This document shows, one piece after another, positions 53,871-64,000 of a DNA stretch of 64,000 bases. The notes under the pieces were generated by a model, which was not told the origin of the DNA, did not search any database, and worked only from the letters and a program-made list of their open reading frames with translations. Position 1 is the first letter of the stretch, and every line of letters starts with the position of its first letter. The position numbers were made by a program, and so were the translations under genes. Where the stretch lies: the NCBI RefSeq assembly GCF_006345805.1, contig NC_043011.1:59036464-59100463 (forward strand), given 5' to 3'. The DNA comes from Octopus sinensis (Eukaryota).

Positions 53871-54432
53871 TACACGAGAGAAAGGAAAAGATACAGATTG
53901 TGTTTCCAAAAGAAGTTAAAGTTTCCGCCAATTTTATAATACTTGCAGCAGGTTACAGGCCTTTCCATGCTTGCTAATTGTATACTTTTAAATATCATAT
54001 TTTAAAACATCTCCTTCGTTTTCCGTTTGTTAAATATTAAATCATAGAAAAAATTCTGATATTCTATGTCTTCTCTTTTTCTGTTTTGTATTATATTTTA
54101 TTTCATATCACTGTGCTATGCTGTTAACATCTGACGAATTGTGTTTCCTATCCGTGTTTCCTATACTATTATCTTGTTAAACATGAATGTAAGTGTACTT
54201 ATTTACTTTTACATAAATGAATGTGCATGAGGACATATATACATACGTTTCAATATGTATGAAATATGTATGTACAACACAGACATATGTGTAATAATCA
54301 TAAAGAATATTTTTCAATGACGGTTTTTGAAAATAAATCAGGTGTGCAGTGCAGTAACAAATGCATTCTACTTTTAAAGCCTGTCATCATCAAACCTCGT
54401 GTTATGATATTATATATATATATATATATATA

Positions 54433-55292
54433 CAAAGTGCAGTGAATAAACTGTCGTGTGAATTACGCAAAAATGAAAATAGCACTGACATCTCATTTTA
54501 ACAGATATATTTACCAAAATTACATAAAAATATATTGAAATACTAAAGTGTACATTTATTCAATAAAATTGCCATTGGTTTCAACCACGACCTCTAGACG
54601 ACTTCGGAATCTCCTGCAACGCTTCTGGGCGGTTTCCTTGTTTAACCTGCCAGAATACCTGCCTTCAGTTCATCTTTGGTGTTACAAGAAGTTTTCTTGG
54701 TCTCTCGCTCAACTGTGCCCCTCACATAATAATAAAGGGGGTTGCAGTGTGGGGAGATAGGAGGCTAGATATTAAGGACGATTTGGTCACAGAAATTGGT
54801 TGACAGCCATGACTGGGTTTTCCTGCATGTGTGGCATGGTGAAGAGTCCTGTTGCTAGACATACGGTCTTACAGCAGTCCCTCTTATGAGCCAGGGCAGC
54901 ACTACCTACATCCGTCACTTGTTGTATACCTCCGTGGTGAGGCTGAAGCCTTGTGGGGAGATGAATGGCGGCATAACCTCGCCGTCACAAGTAATCAGTA
55001 CAAGCACCATGAGGTTGGCTGGATGTTTGATTTTTATCATTCTCGGTATATATGCTCAGATTGACACCCAAACACTCTGAGATGATTGTATTGGAGCTTC
55101 CGGGGTGAATGCCAGGTAGTACAGCGAGTCATTTCCAAATTTCTGACAGATTTAATTATGTCATGGTATTGTTTTCCTCTCAGAGACGTTGACCAATTAT
55201 ACATTGAAATCGTCAAAACCAAACACAAATAAAGTGCATGCGCGAATTTAGAAATAAAATATGGCGACAACTTACACATATCAATCTCTGTG
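54433..55292 (-). mobile_element. Internally deleted DD37D (maT-type) Tc1/mariner element
   Basis: The QQDSSPCH..*PPISPHCNPL(Y) segment has 37 residues between the second Asp and the (mutated) third Asp position. C-terminus RFRSRLEVVVETNGNFIE* (stop at 54556); N-terminal GSSNTIISECLGVNL is joined directly to KIKHPANLMV. TA|CAAAGTGCAG marks the left end. Confidence 0.88.
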
Positions 55293-55368
55293 TATGAGCC
55301 AATATATATATATATATATATATATATAGATGATCATTTCCAAAAATATAGAGAAAATTAAAAATAAA

Positions 55369-55707
55369 GCATTTTATGACATAAATTATGTTTTCAGAGG
55401 CACAAGTAAAATTAGATTTGATCTTGAATTTCTGTCCCTCTTTGAAGAGGAATTCTGATCCTTCTAGCAGGTTTGGACATGTTGCACAGTTCGGTCTACC
55501 ACATTTTTTTACTTTTGCATCCGTACTTTCAGAAAACAATTTTGTCTTTGTGAGAATCTTTTTAAGTGATTTAGGTTGTTTGTAGCTTTTAATGATTTGG
55601 TGTATGTTTAGAATTTCCTTTAATTTGGGGTCCTTATGAAGTATTGGTAAATTCTGGGTGATGATGGTGATGGCTTCTTTGTTTCTGGGGTTGTATGTGG
55701 ATATGTA
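55369..55707 (-). mobile_element. Penelope-like element: RT-EN linker and start of GIY-YIG
   Basis: Open 113-codon frame YISTYNPRN..SYKQPKSLKKILT..KCGRPNCATCPNL..KIKSNFTCASENIIYVIKC, with a Cx4CxxC linker and a GIY-like IIY motif. Confidence 0.9.
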
Positions 55708-55928
55708 ATTATATATGATTCACAATCAAAGGTACAGAAATGACCTGCACCGAATGAATAAAGCGAAGTAATTGATTTTCTACTTGCTCTTGGACTCACC
55801 TGTTTTTTTTGTTTTTTTATGTGTTTCCAAACTTCTACTCTTGTCAAACTCTGTCCGTGTTATTAATACATTACTTGTGGAATGTCCAAACATTTGTTTG
55901 ATTTTTAATTTTCTCTATATAACGTTTT

Positions 55929-55968
55929 AAGAAATTTGAAAAGCTGAACGCGAAACCGGTCATTTCTT
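55929..55968 (+). ncRNA. Candidate minimal type I hammerhead ribozyme
   Basis: AAGAAAT-TTGAAAA-GC(TGAAC)GC-GAA-ACCGGT-C-ATTTCTT gives a 7-bp stem I, a U3/A8 core variant, a 2-bp stem II, palindromic helix III and a GUC cleavage triplet. Confidence 0.6.
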
Positions 55969-56141
55969 CTATACTATGTCATTGTATGAAAAAAATTTAT
56001 AACATTCTTCAGACATATTGACTCAAATATATATTTTTTAGCCTTTTAAAACAAGCCTTCTGTAGTTTTTTCACTTTTTACTATTTTCTATATATTCAAA
56101 CACGTGCTTTCACATACCAACTTTCTTACCTATATATATAT

Positions 56142-56186
<45 letters not shown>

Positions 56187-56204
56187 TATATTATTATATA
56201 TTAT

Positions 56205-56790
56205 CTTTTACTTGTGTTAATAATTTTTCACTGCAGCCATAGTGGGGGCACCTCATTGAAGAGTCTTAGTCGAATAAATTGACATAGGGACTTATTTTTT
56301 CAAACTGGTAATTATTCTTGCGTCTATTTAACTGAAGCACTAAGCTACGAGGACGTAAACACAGGTTCACTGTGTGTCAAGCAGTGATGGTAGATAAACA
56401 CAAACACAAAGAGGCGAATACATTGATACATACATACGTGTATGTATATATACACATATACATACATATATATATATATATACACATATATATATATATA
56501 TATCCATACATATACATACGTACATATATGCATATATATGTATATAGATATGCATAAAGCGTAAACAAAATGAAATCCGAAAATAAAGTTTGGTATGCTA
56601 ACAACGAAAGAAACAAATGGAAAATATATATATATATACACACACACACACGACGGGTTTCTTTTAGTTTCTCTTTACCAAATCCATCCACAAGCCTTTG
56701 GTCAGCCCGAGCCTGTAGTAAACGACACTCGGCTAAGACTCCGAACGCTGGCAATGAAACAGGGACCATGTCATTGAGATTCCCGCAGTC
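56205..56790 (-). mobile_element. SINE family 2 with expanded internal microsatellite region
   Basis: Tail at ~56205-56405, simple repeats plus a ~70-bp unique stretch to ~56650, and body/head at ~56650-56790. Confidence 0.8.
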
Positions 56791-57207
56791 CCGCCCGATG
56801 TATGAATGCATGTATATATTAATACATTTATTGATTTAAGGATATTTAAAGGCGTAGATGTGTTTTGCAAAATCATGTATATGTATATATAATATAACAC
56901 CATGTATAATCATTATTATAAGTGCATCGTCATGTGATATCGTAACTGATATCTATAATTAGATTTGCCTGATAGGTACATTTGCGTATCCATATAAAAG
57001 TACTTCTATGGACATGTATGTATTTGCATGTCTCTATCTGCGAGTATGCCTGTGTGTATGTATGTATGTACTATGTGTGTATACTTACATATTTACACGT
57101 ACTTATATATTGTTATGTATGTATTAATATATATATATAATAGGATATATATATATATATATATATGATATATATATTATATATGTACACATATATGCTC
57201 TATGGAT

Positions 57208-57247
<40 letters not shown>

Positions 57248-59106
57248 TGTATATATACAAAGAAATAGATAGATAGATTTCCTAAAAATACTGCCGTTAC
57301 AAAAAATTAAGTAAACCATGTTTGACATTTGGTTAGAGATTAAGAGATTCCAAATGAATTAAATTCCAGCTTCTACACCAGAACATAGCAGACTGGAAAT
57401 AGGTTTGGAGGATTATATTGATGCCTACTTAAATGCATGCATACATACGTTCATCATTTAAATACGAGCATGTCTAGATATACAACTATATGCATAACAA
57501 TACATAGAGAAAACATACAAATCTCCACATGCATATATACATACATACATACATGCATACATACATACATAGATACATACATATATTGAAACAAAAATCC
57601 CCCGTTCTTGATGTTGAAATTCCAATGAAAAAAGGCTTGGATGAAGGTCAGAAACCGGTTCTCACTCCACTGGCAAGAAATCTTGAAATAAACAGAATAA
57701 TGATTTATAGGTAGATGTCTGCGTGTGAGTGTTTCTATGCGTCTATGCGCACGCAAATATTTTGTGAAAAATAGATGCAAAAATTATTTGTATATGTTTC
57801 TTACATATTGGCCTTTATACATGTTACATGTTGCACAATTACAGATACATACAACAAAAATATAACGCACCTATCATTTTTATATGCATGCACCAACACA
57901 TATGTGAGCGAATAAACTATGTTGTACATGGAAATGCTAACACATGCGGTAACACCGCCAGAACCTGTCTGATGACCAATCGAACAAGAAGACCGTGATA
58001 AAGACAGAGTCCGAAGGCTTGCGACTGTATTATTCGGTTTCTTTCACTGCTCCTGAAACGCCAACAAATTGATATATGGCGCCTTTCGTGATACGGGAAG
58101 GCAGTCAGTAGCGGCTTTATACGATGCAATATAATGTGAAACGAAATGATGCGGAAGAATGTGGCCGACCAGTGGCTTAGGTGCCTATTCGATGGCCAGT
58201 ACTCAGACCAAACTACAAAGTAGACGAGATATGTCGCCTCCAATACCTAGTGAAAAGGGGAAGGCTTTTCACCGGTATGAGTAATAGTCACCCAAATGAA
58301 TGAAACTTTGTAACATGCAGTAGAAGCGGTACGAAGGTAAAACCGCCTTCAACGTATCGTATTTAATTTTAATAAATAGTTGAAATAATTTATTCAGGCA
58401 TTCGTGCAATATATATGCATGTTCGTCCGATATGTATCGAGTTTTTAAACAGAATACATCCATCCATAAGATATTTTATCTCTGAACGACTACAGTAGTT
58501 CCCTGTCTCTTTCATTTTCTCACTTTCTATCTCTCTCCTTCTCTCCCCCACTTTCTCTCTTTCTCTCTCTCTCTCACATTTCTTCTCTGTAACTTACTCT
58601 CTCTATTTGTATATATAAGCGGGTATATATGTACATATACACGTATACACATGTATAAGTACGTTTATGTAAGTACATATGTATAAATACATAAGTATGT
58701 ATATGCATATATACAAATGCATGTATGCATGCGTGTATATATATATGCATGATTTCACACTCAGAGATCACATCCTACAAATATCCTAGAAATATGGTTA
58801 CCTCTTATTCCTCTCTGTTCCTCCCATTCTCATTTCTAGACAACTACTTCCCTTATCTACTTACACAACATCTAATTCTCATTCACTTTACTCCACCTAC
58901 CAAAGAACAACCTGCCAAATGATATTTACATATACAGCTATGAAAGAAAAAACAGATAAACTACAGTCTGATGAAGTCGAGCACACCGAAACTTCGAATT
59001 TACTATCAAGCATTTCTTTGTACAACATAATTTATTCGCTCAAATATGTGTGTTGGTTCAGGCATATAAAAACGAAACTATGAATATATGTGCATTTGTA
59101 CGTGCT

Positions 59107-59109
<3 letters not shown>

Positions 59110-59188
<79 letters not shown>

Positions 59189-59207
59189 TATACATATATA
59201 TACATAG

Positions 59208-59261
<54 letters not shown>

Positions 59262-59298
59262 ATATAATATATTATGTATATGTATATGTATATGTATA
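59110..59298. repeat. Long (TA)n microsatellite
   Basis: Directly visible. Confidence 0.97.
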
Positions 59299-60115
59299 AC
59301 CCAGCTGAAAGTTTCATGTGTTGCTTAAATTAATTGTGATTGTCTGAATACCGTAAAAAATCTGCCGTTAAAAAAGTCACACGCATTTCTCTTATGAATA
59401 TAAAATGTAAACAACCCGTTTTTGAAAATCATTCTTGCAAAAGCGAGTCAATGCACAATCTCACTCACGTCTGTTAGCTTCATAAAAAATTCAGAACTTT
59501 TACTTGAAATGTTGTTTTTATTATATTTTTCAATTATTACGATGTTTAGAAAAAAAAAAAGTCATTATACCGAGTTGAGTTTGTATCTTGTTTTCATAGA
59601 TGTTCTCTCGTTCTCTTTCTTCATTTGTGTCTTTTTATTCGTTTTCCTCCCCTTCATCTACCACCTGCCGTTACCTCTTCTTTTTCTTTCTCAACCACTC
59701 CAATACCACGAATGTAATAATAATAATAATAAGATAAGGATAATAAGCTAAATAATAATGATAATAATAATTGTCATTATTATTATCGTTATTATTGTTG
59801 TTGTTATTATTATCCTCATTCTACCCACGCAAATATTGCTCTGTCAATATGAGTTTACGCTGTTTGGCCGTCTTGTTATGCATATTTCTCTGGGGTTTTT
59901 TCCCCTTTCTATTGTTTGCAACGGAATCGAACTCCATTTCTAAGGATTGGCCGTTTTGTGTGTGTTTGTGTGCGGGTATGTGTGTTTCTTTGCGCGCGCA
60001 TGCATATGTGAGTGGGTGTTATTTACCCGAATGGGGCCGCACACTCAAGAGTGAACGAAACAAAATTTATGTAAGACATATGAACACATCGTTTATTTTC
60101 GTAGCTTTTTCAAGA

Positions 60116-60119
<4 letters not shown>

Positions 60120-60204
<85 letters not shown>

Positions 60205-60220
60205 GACAGAGACAGAGAGA
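60120..60220. repeat. (GA)n(GACA)n microsatellite
   Basis: Directly visible. Confidence 0.95.
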
Positions 60221-60707
60221 ATGGGTGAGAGAGAATGGAAGGGAATTTAGTGTAAAGAAATACAACAGCGATAAACTATAGGCAATAGCGGAATGTTCCT
60301 GTATTTTGATATAATTATTGCTTAATATTCACTGCATTCATTGTGAAATGTTTTTGTCCCTTTTACATCCAGCAAAAAAAAAAGAAGACCCTGTCATCAT
60401 TAGAAAAAGTACACTACGAGCAACGGCAATCTGCTGGACACTAAAAACCAGCAAAAATAAACAAAGTACAAGCGGTCAACCAAATACAATAAGAAAACCG
60501 GATTCAGATCACCGAAACCAACAAAGAAACCCTTCCGTCACCACTGCATTCCCTGTGTGCATGGGTGTCACTATACCCACAAAGAGTAACAGTGCTATCA
60601 CTAGTAATAATAACAATCACATTTGTTATAGCAAATTAACTGAAAGGGCTAGGGTAGGTTTGTTAACGGTAGCATCCAGTCATGAGCGCACAGCGATACA
60701 GAATGTA

Positions 60708-61085
60708 ATAGTTTGCTGTGTGATAAGAATCTTGCTTCTCAACCACATGGCTTCGGGTTCGATTCCACTGAGGGAAACATTGGACGTCTATCTTCTCTGT
60801 CCTTGTGAGGGGATTTGGTAGACGGAAACTGGAAGATATTCGTCGTATATATATATGTCTATGAGTTTGTGCGTGTGTGTTTCTTTGCATTCGTCCGCCA
60901 CCAACTCTTGATAACCAACGTTGGTTGCGAAGCAATCTCTATCGATTTGTTAGCGGATCGGCTAAACGATCGATAGAATAAGGAGTAGGCTTAAAAGAAA
61001 TGTCCTGTGGTCGATTTGTTCGACTAAATCATCCCCTCCAGGTGGTGCTTAAGCATAGCTGCAGTCAAATGACTGAAACAAAAAA
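60708..61085 (+). mobile_element. Full-length degraded SINE family 2
   Basis: Head CAACCACATGGCTTCGGGTTCGATTCCACTG, a short internal microsatellite, and tail CAGTCAAATGACTGAAAC. Confidence 0.85.
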
Positions 61086-61183
61086 ATAACAGGATATATA
61101 TATATATATATAATATATCTATATTAAAAATTGGAAAGGCGTTTACGGGGTTACCTTGTGTTTTCCGCCCATAAATGGTTTGG

Positions 61184-61515
61184 TTTTATGGAGTATCTGT
61201 AGACAACAAAATAAAGCAATATTTCTCCAACCATAGGACATCGTTCAGAGTTCTGGAAAAGAGATACGTAACATCGCTATCCAGTCACGTCTGGCAACTA
61301 AGAGACGATGTAATCCCATACTCGATCTTATGGAAAATCCGTGATACACTAGGCCCATACATCAGCAGGACGAAGCGTTGGATTTTATGCATAGCTGAAC
61401 GCGCGAAAATCCTAAAATACTCACGGGAACCATGAAGCATCCATAACTCCAGAACGAAAATTTTCGGGCCATGTTTACATTTTAGGAAAGTCCTATTAAC
61501 CTTTTGGAAACTGCA
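61184..61515 (+). mobile_element. Penelope-like element GIY-YIG domain, decayed
   Basis: FYGVSVDNKIKQYFSNHRTSFR..TSLSSHVWQLRDDVIPYSILWKI..PY..KRWILCIAERAKILKY..*SIHNSRTKIFGPCLHFRK. Confidence 0.88.
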
Positions 61516-63109
61516 AGATGGCGGCACAGCCGGGAGTCGATAGCCAATGGCAAAGAGAGAAAAACCCCTATTGTTTGCCTTCGTAGCGAGGCTTTTTCCT
61601 CCTCGATATTTTGAAGATATCTTAGTCAAACAGGTTTTTGGGTCTGACAATACACCATAAAGTTAAGCCCTTTATGGACTGGAAATTCTGGGTAATCCCA
61701 TAAATCGGCCTTTCCCATTTTTTAAAATATACTCTGCTCTATAGCTCAGAATGTGCTTCATCTCTGGATTTATGCTTTCTACAAACGATATATATATATA
61801 TATAAATATATATATATAGGTCGCGGTTTCAAAGTGACGAAAGTATTTTGGCAAATGAAATTTAAATGTTGAAATGAATCTAACGGCTTTTGTGTGATTT
61901 TAAATGGCTTATAAACACCTTCCACGCTGTAATTGTTTCTAGCAGGTCACTTGCTAGGTTTCTATGCAAGTACCTCTCCATAATATATAAATTTACATGC
62001 ATACATACATACATACAGACACACATACATACATACATACAGACACACATCATGCACACATGACACACACACACAACACACACACACACACACCAAATAT
62101 ATATATCAGAAATGAAGTTTGAACGTGCACAGAGAATATATTGAAATTAATTAAACCCTAATTATATCTTAAAATACAGGAACACATTTTACCGGTTTGT
62201 ACATTAGCTTTTCAAAAGTATATAACATATGAAGCTCTGTCGCGCGTTTTCTCTATTCCAATTATTTTTTATTACGTGTATTACGGTCATGTGACAATCA
62301 TACGAGGAGGTCACAAAAGCTTTTCTTCACTGAATATGTCATATGACAGTTAGAACCAAGAGATATGAATAAATGATATAATAACTGTTCTCACGAACGT
62401 GTAGGAGATAATTTTTGCTTAATATTGTGTGGAAGAGAAATGCTATCAATTAGGACTGACAATTTCATTATTCTTGTTCATATAGATCGAAGCATATTTG
62501 GCATTGATTTATGCATATATCTATTTGTAATTACCACTTTTTAACATATGAAAAGCGTGGCTAATAGCAGAGTAGGTTGAGCAGTATAGGATCGTTCAGT
62601 ATTCAGTCGTTTCTCTTTATAGTGTCTGGTTTCAATTCTTCGTGAGGTCGGCTGTATATTTTCATTTTATGAGATTGTTTCCTTAAGTACGCAAGTATAA
62701 TGCGACCATCAAAGTTAGTTGTTGTTTGTTTTTTAATAATAGGTTATTTTGTAACTGAGTCAGTTGAACGTCAGAGAAATACGCTATAATCGCCGCTCAA
62801 TCGATTTTCCTTCAACTTCAGCGTTTGTCATAAAAATCAAGCATAAATCTGGCATGGATTCCATTAAATAAATTCGTGAGTTGAAAGGTGAAAGGTGTGA
62901 AACCGGTAGAAACGTTACACTACAGAACACCTTTGTAATATATTCCGGTTCGAATCAGAGCTAGATCTACTTTAACTTTCTCCGGAGGTCATTCTCCGGA
63001 GGTCTATAAAATAAAGTACCTGTTACATACAGAAGTCGATACTTTCATCCCAGTCTCTCATTCTCTTTCCTTCTCGGAGTAGAAAGAACATGTTGTTCTT
63101 TTTATCTTT

Positions 63110-63316
63110 TCTTTTTAATTTGTGTCACACATCTGACAGCGGTCATATTGGAGCACAGCCATGGAATGTTTTAGTCGAACAAATCGAGCGTAGGCCTTAT
63201 ATTTTTTTAGGATAGTACTTATTCCACCGGGACAAACATAGACATAAAAACACACACACACACACCACATCCGCAAATAGACTCGCATATTCACACACAC
63301 ACACACACACACACGC

Positions 63317-63375
<59 letters not shown>

Positions 63376-63712
63376 TCCAGCAAAATTTACCTTCGGATGA
63401 AAATGGTACTTTAGTTAAGGCCACCAGAATTTTGTATGGTTTTATCCATATAAACCAAATAGATATCTTTTATCTTTTGTTGCTAATTTTGATTATATAT
63501 ATATATACTATATATAATATATTATATATAATATATATATATATATATACGACGGGTTTCTTTTACTTTTCTTCTACCAAATTCACTTACATGGAATTGG
63601 TCAGCACAAGACTATAGTAGAAGACCCCTGCCCAAGAGCCACAGCAGTGGCATTGAACCCACGGCCTTATGGTTGGGAAGAATGCTTCTTCTAGCACAGT
63701 CACGCTGCGCCT
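63110..63712 (-). mobile_element. SINE family 2 split by a ~310-bp internal region
   Basis: Tail at 63110-63240, then (CA)n(TA)n, a ~130-bp unique insert and (TA)n, then body/head at 63550-63712. Confidence 0.8.
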
Positions 63713-63767
63713 ATGAAGTCGCGGCGCGCCTGTTGGATACGTTTTAAAAATTAGCCGCTGTTACAAG

Positions 63768-63935
63768 GTGCAGATATGACTATGTGGTTAAAAAGCTCCA
63801 TTTCTAACCACGTATATTTCGTGTTCAGTCCCATTGCACGGCACCTTGAGCGAGAGTCTTCTACAACAGAGTTGAATCGACCAGGGCCATTTGCGTGAAT
63901 TTGGTAAAAGGAAAATGTCTGGAAACGCGCTGTAT
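63768..63935 (+). mobile_element. SINE family 2 head and body, followed by (TG)n
   Basis: GTGTTCAGTCCCATTGCACGGCACCTTGAGCGAGAGTCTTCTAC. Confidence 0.8.
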
Positions 63936-64000
63936 ATGTGTGTGCGTGTGCGTTCGTGTGAGTGAGTGAGTGAGTGTGCACGCTTGGGTCTTTGTATTTG

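Noticed and set aside
57920-58270. GC-richer block with a 108-aa minus-strand ORF
   Set aside because: No recognisable motif in any frame and stops in the plus frames; probably an unidentified TE remnant.
59735-59815. (AAT)n followed by (ATT)n quasi-palindrome
   Set aside because: Degenerate trinucleotide tracts; common in such genomes and without further structure.

Overview
AT-rich, microsatellite-dense eukaryotic DNA. The repeat repertoire is what I recognise from Octopus genomes, but that assignment is an inference. No intact protein-coding gene, rRNA, true tRNA or CRISPR array is supported; nearly all track ORFs are translated (TA)n/(CA)n/(TATG)n tracts or antisense TE remnants. The window looks intronic or intergenic. 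It holds about 25 tRNA-derived SINE copies or fragments from three modular families, decayed Tc1/mariner transposases (DD37D and rosa-like), and LINE fragments (RTE, CR1/L2-type APE, R4/Dong-type REL). It also holds three Penelope-like element (PLE) fragments, a Helitron and a Helentron-type non-autonomous element, and a ~620-bp foldback element. Leads, best first: (i) minimal type I hammerhead-ribozyme-like motifs, one structurally complete at 55929-55968 next to an inverted PLE and the others in short microsatellite-anchored elements; (ii) SINE concatemers that reuse the same junction and tail order at separate loci; (iii) a SINE family carrying an internal, expanding microsatellite. Coordinates were counted by eye and decayed ends are approximate.
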